Source of the DNA: a phage
NCBI GenBank assembly: GCA_022520065.1
Contig: GCA_022520065.1_3942.1
Strand: one strand, 5' to 3'
DNA length: 64,000 nt
Shown here: positions 33,247 to 43,328 of the stretch, one piece after another
How the letters are laid out: every line of letters starts with the position of its first letter
Position numbering within the stretch: the first letter of the stretch is position 1
Position numbers and translations under genes: made by a program
Notes under the pieces: generated by a model
The model's input: only the letters and a program-made list of their open reading frames with translations
Databases searched by the model: none
What the model was told of the DNA's origin: nothing

Positions 33247-34350
33247 TTACTCATAATCCCTAATAACTAGCCCTACAGGAAACTGTAAAGAACCTTTACG
33301 AGTCATCTTCTGGAACTGAACAGTTAAAGGTTTCCCGATAAACTCTTCAGGATGTTCAGCAAGATACTGTTTCTTCTCGTGTGTAGTTTTCCATGAAACA
33401 TCTACAAAGACGTTAGGAAGAGTCTCTACAACGAACTTACCATGACCACGCTTATCGGTCTTTACACCAGTCACTTTAAACTCTTCAGTGTGCATCTTCT
33501 TGTGCTTAATCAAGAAGTATGAACGGTGACAACACTCATAGAAGGAGTCTTCAGAGATTGAACGGTACATTGCACCTTCAAACTTAGCTTCAACCCACTT
33601 ATCATGAGCTTCATCAAACTCTTCCCAAGAATTTACACGACGAGATTTAACAGGAACAACTTTACAGCCGTCTCTAAAGTCATTCAATGGTGAAGTCTCA
33701 ATAATATCTCTACGCTCAGGCCACGTTTTAGTACTGTCACAGATATCATACCAGTAGAACTTAAGTGAGTGTCTGTCAGGATTGTCTTCATTTTTAATCA
33801 TAGAGACAATATCTTCTAAGTCCCACCCATGAGCATAAATCTCACCATCAAATTCATCAACATCTTTATGGAGCCTCAACATTGCCATAATGTCAGGTAT
33901 TAGCTCAGTAGGAATTTTATAAATAGTGTTCTCACGAGAATATGCTGTAAATACACTGCCAATACTCAAGTGTCTTGAAATTCTACAACGGACACCATCA
34001 AGTTTTGGTTGAGCATCAGCAGGGAACTTCAGATACTTTGCATGGCTAACCTTTGCAGCATCATGAGCAAGCTGTACACCTACCTTCTCAGTGTTCTGTG
34101 CAGACTCTTTTGTGTAAGCATAACCTTTGCGGTCTACTTGCTTTTTATACTTAGCAGCAACTTCAAAGAGAGCTTGCTGTTCAGCATTACGCTCATTCTT
34201 TTTACCGATGTTCTTAGGCTCTGCTGTGTACTCTTCAAACATCATCTTGCCATTTTCTTTACCGTAGGTTGTAATAACTTTGTCACCTACAGCAACGCAT
34301 GACCAGACGTTGAAGGAACCGTCTTTATTTTGTTTGTACAGAATTGTCAT
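33247..34350 (-). CDS. ATP-dependent DNA ligase
   Basis: Adenylation motif KLDGVRC (KxDG); start set to ATG 34350 with AGAGG RBS (track start 34386 also possible). Confidence 0.85.
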   Translation of the reverse strand: MTILYKQNKDGSFNVWSCVAVGDKVITTYGKENGKMMFEEYTAEPKNIGKKNERNAEQQALFEVAAKYKKQVDRKGYAYTKESAQNTEKVGVQLAHDAAKVSHAKYLKFPADAQPKLDGVRCRISRHLSIGSVFTAYSRENTIYKIPTELIPDIMAMLRLHKDVDEFDGEIYAHGWDLEDIVSMIKNEDNPDRHSLKFYWYDICDSTKTWPERRDIIETSPLNDFRDGCKVVPVKSRRVNSWEEFDEAHDKWVEAKFEGAMYRSISEDSFYECCHRSYFLIKHKKMHTEEFKVTGVKTDKRGHGKFVVETLPNVFVDVSWKTTHEKKQYLAEHPEEFIGKPLTVQFQKMTRKGSLQFPVGLVIRDYE

Positions 34351-34555
34351 TTTTAACCTCTGAGTGATACCAAGTGTCACAAGCATTACATGCGTAAAGC
34401 TCTAAGTCGTTTTTATCTGGTTTATGGAAACAGTTTGACCCACAACGACACCGGAATAACTTACCATCAACACGAAGAATGAATGTTTCAAGCTCACCCT
34501 CTTCTGTAAGGACGGCGTTATTATATTTGTTATCTTTATCCATTTGTACTCTCAC
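34325..34555 (-). CDS. hypothetical zinc-binding protein
   Basis: CRCGSNC ... CNAC cysteine clusters; overlaps ligase start. Confidence 0.4.
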   Translation of the reverse strand: MRVQMDKDNKYNNAVLTEEGELETFILRVDGKLFRCRCGSNCFHKPDKNDLELYACNACDTWYHSEVKNDNSVQTK

Positions 34556-34699
34556 CTGTGTCAGATTTCATATAAGACCTGTCGCTAAACCTTTTAATGA
34601 AATGTACAACGCATTTCGGTGTATCTTTTGCATCTTTGATGTGCGACCTTTCGAAACTGCGCACTGTGAAGGTTGCATCTGTCATTGTTTGCTTAGATT

Positions 34700-34906
34700 T
34701 CATTTTCTCTTACCACCAATTTCTACGTCAATAACTTGAACATCACCAGCAACATCAAACTTATGAATGATGCTTTCCACAGTGTAAGTCCAACCATCAA
34801 TGCGAACCAACTCACCTTCTCGTGGGACGATTGGGTTACGTTGAGCTACCGTTGTAGTAGAGTGAACAACATCATAACAATAGATATAGTTTACTAGGAC
34901 TTCCAT
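34700..34906 (-). CDS. hypothetical protein
   Basis: Start set to internal ATG 34906 with GAGGG RBS to avoid overlap with lipoprotein gene. Confidence 0.4.
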   Translation of the reverse strand: MEVLVNYIYCYDVVHSTTTVAQRNPIVPREGELVRIDGWTYTVESIIHKFDVAGDVQVIDVEIGGKRK

Positions 34907-34916
34907 CGTGAAACCC

Positions 34917-35186
34917 TCACTCAATAACCGTAGTGTGTGATTGACCATTTTTGCCATAGCTATAAGATGTTGTTGTTTGGGAGTTTGGACATCTGACAAC
35001 AACAATATCTCTGCTTATAGCATCACCATGTAACTTGTATACTCTGCAATCTTGCATCTCTGGTGGGAGACTGTAAGAAGCATTTTTATCTTCATAAGAA
35101 GGGTTGCAGCCAGATAGAAAAACAACACCAAGCGCAATTACTGCTTTCCACATAATACTTCCCCAGAGACTGTACATTTTCTTCAT
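34917..35186 (-). CDS. putative lipoprotein
   Basis: Signal peptide ending in lipobox LSGC (VVFLSGCNPS). Confidence 0.5.
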   Translation of the reverse strand: MKKMYSLWGSIMWKAVIALGVVFLSGCNPSYEDKNASYSLPPEMQDCRVYKLHGDAISRDIVVVRCPNSQTTTSYSYGKNGQSHTTVIE

Positions 35187-35416
35187 AGCAACTCCAGAAT
35201 ATCAATACGTTCACCTTTGAGTACTCCAGTACGGTCTTTTGCAATCTTACCGTCAACGATAAGGATGTGTGTAGACCTTAAAGCGTCGTTGTTAAAGGTT
35301 TTTACGAACTTGCTAGGCATGACTACAATGCACATCTCCTGAATCAGCTCTGGAGTGTAGCAGTTATCATGAAGTTGCTGAATAACGTCTGCAAGTGTCA
35401 TTTTTGATGTCTCCAA
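35183..35416 (-). CDS. hypothetical protein
   Basis: 77-aa ORF. Confidence 0.4.
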   Translation of the reverse strand: METSKMTLADVIQQLHDNCYTPELIQEMCIVVMPSKFVKTFNNDALRSTHILIVDGKIAKDRTGVLKGERIDILELL

Positions 35417-35613
35417 TATTCAATGTCTATAAGTTCTTGTGCAATGCTTTTAAGGTTACTTTTAAGGAAAACTTTCTCACCACCAGACAGGGAGGTATTA
35501 TCAATGAGTCTGTTCATTCTCTCAAACAACTTCTGTTTACGATTCTTGATGGTTTCCTTTGAAGCACCTTTCATCATTGCTGCATGGGTTCTTCCACGGT
35601 GGCTCATAATCAC
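35398..35613 (-). CDS. hypothetical protein
   Basis: 71-aa basic ORF. Confidence 0.4.
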   Translation of the reverse strand: MIMSHRGRTHAAMMKGASKETIKNRKQKLFERMNRLIDNTSLSGGEKVFLKSNLKSIAQELIDIEYWRHQK

Positions 35614-35668
35614 TCCTATATAAGATACAGTATAAGGTACTCTTCCATGAGCACCTTGTCAATACTAA

Positions 35669-38368
35669 TTAGTGAACCTCAAGCCAGCTTTTACCAACCT
35701 TACCAGTACCTGTAACAAGTGTTTCTTTCTTAAGACCTAAGTTCTTAGAAGCTTGCCCGTAATACCAATCAGTAACTGCTTTTACTTCTGCCGTCATACT
35801 CTCTGGACATTCCCAGCTTGTCTCATCGTGATATGCGCACAATAAGCGAGCACCTATAGCTGGTTTACGCCCATTTAGTTTCATCAACCCTTCGTCAATC
35901 ATGCGACGACAAGCAAGGTTAATTGCCTCATTTTGAATCTGGGCCTCTGAACCCATCAAAAGGTAGTTCAACAGTTTGTGTGGAGATTTACACCACAACC
36001 AAGCTCCAGCAACCTTTACAAAACCCCCTTTAGAAATTGCAGCAGTCTTACCAAACACCTCTTCAAGTACCTTTTTAGTTGCTTTGTAGTCAGCTTCCAA
36101 GTCATCTAACAGCTTCTTAATTTTAGGCAAACGTATAAAGTAAGTTTGTTTAGTCAGTGCACCTTCCTGAGTAGTTGCAGCTTTAATCGTCTTAGCAAAC
36201 TTCTCATCCCCTGCACCGAACAGCAGTGCATAGATACCATTCTTAGCTTTCTTACGACCCTTACTAATCTCATGGAGAAGATTCTCATCCTGAGTAGCTC
36301 GACAAGTCAAGATATCCTGCTCATCATTCAAGCTAAAGTAGATACTGTTCAGTGTATGTGCATCAGTCCCTGAATAGACAACGTACAGGTCATTCTCAGA
36401 GTCATAACGAAGGTACTTATCAATCTCTGGGTTTAGGTACTCATCAAAATGTTTGCAGTAATAGCGTCCATCTTCTTGACGAATAAACTCAATCTCTTCT
36501 TTACCTTGCGTTACCGCTTTGGTGAACTCTTTATCACCCATAAAGTTACAAAGAAGAACTAGCTGGGCTGAGTTCATATCTACAGAGACAACGTTAGTAC
36601 CTTCCTCACAAATCCACACTGCCCTCATTGGTTCCCCATAGACAGCAGCACCAGACGGTACGTTTACAATACCATATTGTGTCATACGTCCAGTTGAAGT
36701 ACCAAACACCATTGCGCCAGCACTAAGGCGACCATCAGGACGAATCTGGTTCAACCAACCTTTTTCATCATCCTTTGAGTTCTCAATAGTTCTGCGTCTG
36801 TGCATCAAAGTATAGTACTTAGCAATCTTCTGTCCAAGCTCACCTTCAATCGTATCATAAGATGATTCCGTAAGTTTTGGTGAAGTACGGATTAAGCAAG
36901 GTTCAAGCAAATCTGTGTACTTCTTCACAGACCAGTTATGCTCGATGTACTGGACGCCTTCATGCTCGACATAACTCAAACCACACCGTTCAACCATCTC
37001 CTGCCACTTAGGATGCTTTGTAATCATCTTTTTGTTGTCTTTGAAACGACAAACTTTGACAGGGCGACCATCTGAGTCTTTCTTGTAGTTCCAGTCATCT
37101 GGAATCCAACCAACTGATTTCAAGTAGTCTTTAACAACTGCTACCTGAGTCATACGAGAAACTTCAAACTCAATTGGTGTATATGGTGCATCAATCAATC
37201 CTGTGTAGCGACTTGAATCCAGTTCAAAGTGGTTAACAACATGGCTGTTATAGTACTTCACAGTCTTAACTGTCTTCACTGGCTTCCAGTCTTTGCATTT
37301 CTTACCAATCTTTGCATTCAACTCGTTGCAAATTGCACGAGCATCCTTCATTGCTACAAAACCTTCCTTGTACTCTTCACCAGTTACAGAGTTGGTTGGT
37401 GTATAGCAATTTCTCTTTTCAATGTTAAAAATCTTTGTAGTTGGCTTACCAAATGGCTTGATTTCATATGTCTGCATCTCACCGTTACGTACCTGCTGAC
37501 GGTACTTCGTCTTAGGGTACTTGGTAATTCTCTTCAGTCCATCTGCATGACCGAACGCTTCAACATACTCATTCCAAGCTTTTGCAAACTCTTCTCCAGT
37601 AACTTTACCTTTAGTCTTAATAGTTGGAGGAAGATGTGGTTCAACTTCTGAAGCAAGCTCATTAGTCAACTTGTCAAGTTCCTTCACATGGAACTCCATA
37701 AGCTCTTTATCAGCTTTCCAACCATTGATAGCTTGTTGACTCATCCAGAAAGATGTTTCTTTAGCTCGCATATAGGTTTCATAAGTGTCTATACCACACT
37801 TCTTTAACTTCAGGTATTCATTATCCAGTGCACATTTAGTTTTGGCGTTAATACGGATATCTTCTACAACACGAGTGAAGATTTCTGCATTCCATACACC
37901 CCAATGTTCAATCTCTGGTTTACGTACACCAACACGAGCACCCCATGCTGCCAAGCCATGAGCACCTTTATAGCCTTTTGGAGTTGGTCTATCCATCCAC
38001 TGAACACGAGATTGGATAAGAGAATCCTGAAAGAAATTACTCCACGGCTTACACTTTGGATTATCAAAGTTCCATAAATCAGGTGCAATGTGATTGAAAA
38101 CCCACCAGTCATAACCCAGACCATTATGGATGCAAAGTCGTTTCGCCTTTAATGCAAACTCAATACCTTCACGCAAACCACCCTTAATGTACTTGGTGTA
38201 CTTGTGACCGAGGATAGGCTCATCTGTAAAAACCCATACAGGTGGCTCTTCATCATCAGATTTATAGTCTGCGAAAGCCATTACGTGCACTTTAGTGAAC
38301 TCAAGGAGTAAACCATCAGTTTCTGTATCACCAACTAAATGTAAGTTTTTAAAATCTACGTTTTCCAT
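35669..38368 (-). CDS. DNA polymerase, family A, with 3'-5' exonuclease domain
   Basis: Exo motif VGDTETDGL, polymerase motifs (VSVDMNSAQLVLL, KNGIYALLFGAG, CAYHDE); start set to ATG 38368 with AGAGGGA RBS. Confidence 0.85.
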   Translation of the reverse strand: MENVDFKNLHLVGDTETDGLLLEFTKVHVMAFADYKSDDEEPPVWVFTDEPILGHKYTKYIKGGLREGIEFALKAKRLCIHNGLGYDWWVFNHIAPDLWNFDNPKCKPWSNFFQDSLIQSRVQWMDRPTPKGYKGAHGLAAWGARVGVRKPEIEHWGVWNAEIFTRVVEDIRINAKTKCALDNEYLKLKKCGIDTYETYMRAKETSFWMSQQAINGWKADKELMEFHVKELDKLTNELASEVEPHLPPTIKTKGKVTGEEFAKAWNEYVEAFGHADGLKRITKYPKTKYRQQVRNGEMQTYEIKPFGKPTTKIFNIEKRNCYTPTNSVTGEEYKEGFVAMKDARAICNELNAKIGKKCKDWKPVKTVKTVKYYNSHVVNHFELDSSRYTGLIDAPYTPIEFEVSRMTQVAVVKDYLKSVGWIPDDWNYKKDSDGRPVKVCRFKDNKKMITKHPKWQEMVERCGLSYVEHEGVQYIEHNWSVKKYTDLLEPCLIRTSPKLTESSYDTIEGELGQKIAKYYTLMHRRRTIENSKDDEKGWLNQIRPDGRLSAGAMVFGTSTGRMTQYGIVNVPSGAAVYGEPMRAVWICEEGTNVVSVDMNSAQLVLLCNFMGDKEFTKAVTQGKEEIEFIRQEDGRYYCKHFDEYLNPEIDKYLRYDSENDLYVVYSGTDAHTLNSIYFSLNDEQDILTCRATQDENLLHEISKGRKKAKNGIYALLFGAGDEKFAKTIKAATTQEGALTKQTYFIRLPKIKKLLDDLEADYKATKKVLEEVFGKTAAISKGGFVKVAGAWLWCKSPHKLLNYLLMGSEAQIQNEAINLACRRMIDEGLMKLNGRKPAIGARLLCAYHDETSWECPESMTAEVKAVTDWYYGQASKNLGLKKETLVTGTGKVGKSWLEVH

Positions 38369-38625
38369 TTTTACTCCCTCTAAAATCATTAACCTCATAC
38401 ATTACTGCAAAAAATTATAAAAAGCAAGTTGACAATGTACTTGACAAGGTGTTAATCTTTGCGAAGTGGGTTTTTACTTAAAAGGTTACTTAACAGTTTA
38501 ACTATACAGATACTTTAAAACTCTTAAAAGATTATTTAATAGCTTTTAAAAAGCTTTAAAGTATAACGTATAGAATACGTTAAGATAAAAGATTAAAACT
38601 TAATAGTTACTTAAAAGAGGCTTAC

Positions 38626-39048
38626 ATGCAGAAAATGTTTGTTCACCCAGACATAGCTGACTTTGTTAGAGCTTTGCAGAAGTTGGAAGAACTTGACATT
38701 GCTGCTCAACGGGAATATGCTCACCATCACAGGAGAATGGTTGATATACAACATGAAATAGAGTTGTCTGAAAACTATGAAGATGACTTAAAATGCTCTG
38801 TATTTGAGCATATGAAAGATGTTGCTACAGCTAGACGTAAAGCTAAAGACACAGTTGCTTTACTAGATTCTCTTAAAAAGAGGTTGCAAAGTGGTACAGA
38901 CCTGTGTAATCTAGCGTCACTGATTAATGATGTTGAAACTTCTTGGGATAGACATTACTATCCACGTTCTGAAAAGACACTTGACTTTTCTTCATCCGAA
39001 AACTTAAAATGTTCTAGAAAGAAACTTAACCAACTGAGAGAGAAATAA
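38626..39048 (+). CDS. hypothetical early protein
   Basis: First ORF of the plus-strand early block, AAAAGAGG RBS. Confidence 0.5.
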   Translation: MQKMFVHPDIADFVRALQKLEELDIAAQREYAHHHRRMVDIQHEIELSENYEDDLKCSVFEHMKDVATARRKAKDTVALLDSLKKRLQSGTDLCNLASLINDVETSWDRHYYPRSEKTLDFSSSENLKCSRKKLNQLREK

Positions 39049-39049
39049 T

Positions 39050-39862
39050 ATGAATATCAATGTAGAACAAATGCTTGAAGAAAAAGGTATTGACGAAGCA
39101 TTCTTAATCAATGCCGTAGAAAGCATGGCTATGATTCTTCGTGGAAACAACTATACAGAACAGTTTATGCCTGCAAGCTATAACCTGCCTAAAGACAAGT
39201 CTGATAACGGTGCTTTTGCAGAACAGGTTAATATGATGCTGTGTGACAAAACACTTGCTTTAGCATCTATTGTTGTAGGTGTTGATGCTCTTGCAGAGTT
39301 CATTTTTTATGAGATGCAGAAAAATGACTATATTGCCATGACCTCTGAAGAAAAAGACTCGCTACTGCTCTTAGGTTATGATGAGCTAGTTAACCTATTA
39401 ATTTCGTCAACGAGTGCTGTTATGGCTGCTCTTGAGAAGCGCATGGAAGAGAAGCTGTCACGATATGAAAAACTTGATTGGGGTGTAGAGGAATTAAACC
39501 CACGAATCAAAGAGATTATCCAGCAAACCAAAGATTCTTTGGAAGAAGCTGTAAAAAATGATTCTGTAGCTGACATAGAGCCACTTCAGGTGAAAGTTGC
39601 ATTGATGATTCCAGCCATCTCCACGATGATGAATATCGTTGCACTAATCCAGCTTTCACAGATGATGGGCACAAGCATTGAGTTCATTGAGAGTATGACT
39701 GGTGGTGTGAGTATGCAAGCAATCAATGATGTTCTGGTGAGCATTGGTGCTTCAATCATTGAAGAGAAGCTGCGCATTAACTTTGGTGATGATTTTGTGA
39801 AGCAAATCTCAGCTATGGCTGAAAAAGAGTATTCACAGACTAATACTGACCAACTGCACTAA
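39050..39862 (+). CDS. hypothetical early protein
   Basis: 270-aa ORF followed by terminator. Confidence 0.5.
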   Translation: MNINVEQMLEEKGIDEAFLINAVESMAMILRGNNYTEQFMPASYNLPKDKSDNGAFAEQVNMMLCDKTLALASIVVGVDALAEFIFYEMQKNDYIAMTSEEKDSLLLLGYDELVNLLISSTSAVMAALEKRMEEKLSRYEKLDWGVEELNPRIKEIIQQTKDSLEEAVKNDSVADIEPLQVKVALMIPAISTMMNIVALIQLSQMMGTSIEFIESMTGGVSMQAINDVLVSIGASIIEEKLRINFGDDFVKQISAMAEKEYSQTNTDQLH

Positions 39863-39880
39863 GTCTTTATAAACCTTACA

Positions 39881-39904
39881 AGCCTCCTTAGTTGGGGGCT
39901 TTTT
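39881..39904 (+). terminator. Rho-independent terminator
   Basis: Hairpin agcctcc-ttagtt-gggggct followed by tttt. Confidence 0.5.
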
Positions 39905-39923
39905 AGTAATTAAGGGAGATAGA

Positions 39924-40667
39924 ATGAGTAATATTATCGCATTTACTGGAAAGGCACGTTCTGGAAAAGACACCTCATGTTCTATTGTTAAGAATATCCT
40001 AGAAGATGAGTATGGCTACAATGTTGCAGTAATGGCCTATGCAGACAACCTTAAACTCTCTGCATCAAGGATATTTGACTTGACTTGGAATGACCTGTAC
40101 GGTGAAACTAAAGAGACTCCACAGGTTTTTGATTTATCATACTCTGAACTGATGTTCAAGGTCACAGAAGCTATGGAGTTTACCTTCAGAGGCGAACGTT
40201 ATCATACGGACTTCAAACTCATGTCAGAGTTAACCGGACGATTAATTATGGAACTAAAGAAGGTTGCTAAACCGACTCTATTAACACGTCTGGGATTTAG
40301 TAAAAAGTATAAATTTTCATCAAGACAGATTCAACAGATTTGGGGTACTGAAGTTATCCGTAAAGTTATGGGTGACAAATTCTGGGCTAAAGACCTCGAA
40401 AAACGAATGGTAAATTTCTTTGACGTTTGCTCACTTAAGAATCAGGACGGTGTTGTTTTAATCAGTGACTTAAGGTTTGACTCTGAAGCTGAGTGGCTGA
40501 GCAGATTTGCACACCAAACTATTGAAGTAAAAAGAGACAATGTGGATAAGGTTTCGTCACATGTTTCAGAAAATGGGATTTCTACCAAATATGCGCGTGA
40601 CATTATTCATAATAATGGTACTCTTGCAGACCTTGAAAGCAAGTTAAGAGCTATCCTGAAAATTTAA
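39924..40667 (+). CDS. deoxynucleoside monophosphate kinase-like P-loop protein
   Basis: N-terminal P-loop IIAFTGKARSGKDT resembling T4 gp1-type dNMP kinase. Confidence 0.55.
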   Translation: MSNIIAFTGKARSGKDTSCSIVKNILEDEYGYNVAVMAYADNLKLSASRIFDLTWNDLYGETKETPQVFDLSYSELMFKVTEAMEFTFRGERYHTDFKLMSELTGRLIMELKKVAKPTLLTRLGFSKKYKFSSRQIQQIWGTEVIRKVMGDKFWAKDLEKRMVNFFDVCSLKNQDGVVLISDLRFDSEAEWLSRFAHQTIEVKRDNVDKVSSHVSENGISTKYARDIIHNNGTLADLESKLRAILKI

Positions 40668-40675
40668 AAGAGAGA

Positions 40676-40876
40676 ATGAAGATGAGAGTAAAAGATAATT
40701 TTAAAGTTATTGACCATCGTTTAGTGGAACTCTCATCTCTTTCCAATGAGGTAATGATTGAACGTCTTAAGAGAGTTGAATCACGAAGGAAAGAGATTGC
40801 AGATGAGATTCATGAACTGGACAAGATTGAAAATGGATTGAAGGCAGAACTACAACGAAGAGGTGCTAATGTCTAA
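40676..40876 (+). CDS. hypothetical coiled-coil protein
   Basis: 66-aa ORF. Confidence 0.4.
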   Translation: MKMRVKDNFKVIDHRLVELSSLSNEVMIERLKRVESRRKEIADEIHELDKIENGLKAELQRRGANV

Positions 40877-42854
40877 AGGTCGTAAATTGAAAGAGGCTGG
40901 TCAGTTTGTTGGTCATTGTGCATGTCCACGTTGTGGTTCATCAGATGCTGGTTCAATCTACCATCACGACGATGATTCTTATTCAATGACTTGCTTTAGT
41001 TGTAATAAAGGTTTCCCAGAGTGGGATTTTGATAAAGGACAAATTGTGAGCACTTATTCTACTGGTTCAGATAATAAAAACCGTACTTTCCGTGGAATGG
41101 ATTTAGACGATGTAAAAGAAAACCTTGAAGCAATGGACTTGAAAGACAGGAAGATTCCTGCAAAAGTTCTTGAACGCTTAGGTATCAAGGTTGACATTGA
41201 CAGTGATGGTGAAATTGATGCACATTTCTATCCGACTTACAAACGTAATGAAGATGGCAAACTAGAACATGTTGGCTACCGTGTTCGTCACCGTTACCCA
41301 GAGGACCATCCAAAAGAACACCTACGTGGTAAGCTAAAAGACTTTTCAGGTGGTGTTGGAGACATTAAAGGTGAACTGGCAATGTTCGGTTCATGGATTG
41401 CTCCAGAAGGTGGCAACCGTCTATTCATCTGGGAAGGTGAGATGGAATGTGCTACGGCAATCTACATGACTTCTCTGGCAATTAAAGATAAGTCTCGTCG
41501 TAAGAACTACTGTCACGTATCTGTTCCATCTGGTGCAAACATTAAGTCTATCAAAGACAACTATCAGTACATCACATCATTTGATGAGATTTACTTGTGC
41601 TTTGATAACGATGAAGCAGGTGCTAAAGCTACCAAAGAGGCTGCTGGTATCCTTCCGATTGAGAAGGTTCGTTTATTCCAGTATCCAGAAGGTGTAAAAG
41701 ACCTTAATGAATGGTGGACAAAGTTCTATAAAGAGAAAGACACAGTTCTGGAAGGATTTAAGCAGCGTATCTACAATGCACCTCGTTACTGTCCTGCTGG
41801 TATCAAGAACTTTGCAGACGGTTTTGAGGCAATGAAGAATCGTGGTCAGATTCCATTGATTCCTTTCCCAGAATCTTTCGGGGATTTGAACAGATTGACT
41901 TATGGTGGTTACGGTTTAGGTGAGATTACGACTATTGCAGCCCCATCTTCGGTAGGTAAGTCAGCTTACACTCGTGAGATGATTTATTCAGCTTGGAAAG
42001 AAACTGATTATAATATCGGTGTAATTCCTGTAGAAGATACCTATGAAGAGTTGATGGAGATGCTCTGTGCAATCCACCTAAGCAAGCAGATTTCTGAGAT
42101 TCCTTATGATGAACGAGATTGGGATGAATTAAAGGGAGCACACGCCGAGCTTTCAAAAGGTCGTCGCATTCATATCGTTGACCATCAAGGGGCAATTGAC
42201 CAAGATAACCTGCTGGAGTTTGTTGACTATCTTGTTAATAGTTTAGACTGTAAGATTATCATTCTTGACCCTATTACGTTGGCTCTGTCACGTTCAGATA
42301 CGGATGAAGAGGAAGTTTTGTCTGAGCTATTACGTCGTTGCAAACGCTACCAGTATGCACAGGTAAACGTCTGCCACGTTCGTAAGAGTGCAGGTGGTCA
42401 GAAAGCCAACTCTGAAGGTGGAGATATCTCTGAAGAGGATATTAAGGGTTCTGGTGCGTATTTCCAGATTTCCATGAACAACATTCTGTTAATGCGTAAC
42501 AAGGTTGACCCAGACCCTGTTAAGAAAAACTTGACAAAAATCAAGTTAACTAAGTGTCGTCGTCATGGTAAGTCAACAGGTATTGCTGGTCATACTTGGT
42601 ACAATCCAGACACAGGACGTCTTATCAAAGCTTCTGGATGTGGTGTTGACATTGATGGTGCAGCAGAAAATATTCGTCAACAGTTTGGTATTGGTGAAGC
42701 TGAAGACCATTATGACGACTCTTTACCTCATTATGAAGATGAAGTGTTTGACCGTGAGACTGGTGAAGTCTATACTGAAGAACAGCGTCAAAGCTCAACG
42801 ATTCCACCTGTATTAAGTGAGGATGCAGATGACTGCCCGTTTGAAACTGAGTGA
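40869..42854 (+). CDS. bifunctional DNA primase / DnaB-like helicase (T7 gp4-like)
   Basis: N-terminal zinc ribbon CPRCGS...CFSCNKG, central TOPRIM-like region, C-terminal helicase with Walker A SSVGKSAYT; start set to ATG 40869. Confidence 0.8.
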   Translation: MSKGRKLKEAGQFVGHCACPRCGSSDAGSIYHHDDDSYSMTCFSCNKGFPEWDFDKGQIVSTYSTGSDNKNRTFRGMDLDDVKENLEAMDLKDRKIPAKVLERLGIKVDIDSDGEIDAHFYPTYKRNEDGKLEHVGYRVRHRYPEDHPKEHLRGKLKDFSGGVGDIKGELAMFGSWIAPEGGNRLFIWEGEMECATAIYMTSLAIKDKSRRKNYCHVSVPSGANIKSIKDNYQYITSFDEIYLCFDNDEAGAKATKEAAGILPIEKVRLFQYPEGVKDLNEWWTKFYKEKDTVLEGFKQRIYNAPRYCPAGIKNFADGFEAMKNRGQIPLIPFPESFGDLNRLTYGGYGLGEITTIAAPSSVGKSAYTREMIYSAWKETDYNIGVIPVEDTYEELMEMLCAIHLSKQISEIPYDERDWDELKGAHAELSKGRRIHIVDHQGAIDQDNLLEFVDYLVNSLDCKIIILDPITLALSRSDTDEEEVLSELLRRCKRYQYAQVNVCHVRKSAGGQKANSEGGDISEEDIKGSGAYFQISMNNILLMRNKVDPDPVKKNLTKIKLTKCRRHGKSTGIAGHTWYNPDTGRLIKASGCGVDIDGAAENIRQQFGIGEAEDHYDDSLPHYEDEVFDRETGEVYTEEQRQSSTIPPVLSEDADDCPFETE

Positions 42855-43110
42855 TAGTTATAAAAGAGAGGGGTTCATACCCTTCTTTGAAGAAAAAAGT
42901 TTAAATGAATTTCAGGAAGAGTGTTTGACAAAGGTTGATAGGTTCTATAGAATGCTCTACATGAAATGTGATGGAGGCGTTGAGGTAGAAGAAAAGTTCC
43001 ATCACAGTATGATAACAGTCACTATTACTATACCTCGACATAATATTGGTTGGCTGTTTATAATTAAAGAAAATGTGTTTGAATATCAAGTATATCGGAG
43101 AATATCATGA
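42829..43110 (+). CDS. hypothetical protein
   Basis: ORF overlapping primase-helicase 3' end; start uncertain. Confidence 0.3.
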   Translation: MTARLKLSDSYKREGFIPFFEEKSLNEFQEECLTKVDRFYRMLYMKCDGGVEVEEKFHHSMITVTITIPRHNIGWLFIIKENVFEYQVYRRIS

Positions 43111-43256
43111 AACACTCTAAAGCATTTGAACAAGTTTTTGGGGATTCCTTAAAAGCCACTGCTGGTAAACCAGCAAAATACTATGAAGAGAAGCGTGTAA
43201 GAACTGGAAAAACTGCACGTAAAACAGCTTCTAAAGATAAGCACAACTTCCAGTAA
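43107..43256 (+). CDS. hypothetical small basic protein (49 aa)
   Basis: Short ORF below the track cutoff, read manually; ATGA-coupled to upstream ORF. Confidence 0.25.
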   Translation: MKHSKAFEQVFGDSLKATAGKPAKYYEEKRVRTGKTARKTASKDKHNFQ

Positions 43257-43263
43257 TTAATGT

Positions 43264-43292
43264 TTGACAATAGAGTATCAACAAATTAGAAT
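43264..43292 (+). promoter_or_regulatory. sigma70-like promoter TTGACA-N17-TAGAAT upstream of the SSB-like gene
   Basis: Exact -35 at 43264-43269, 17-nt spacer, -10 TAGAAT at 43287-43292. Confidence 0.55.
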
Positions 43293-43328
43293 TGGTACTC
43301 TTCATAAATTGAGATAGAGGTTTAAATA

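Noticed and set aside
33047-33256. 69-aa plus-strand ORF in the structured intergenic region
   Set aside because: Opposite orientation to both flanking operons, no RBS, overlaps the hairpin/palindrome region and the ligase stop.
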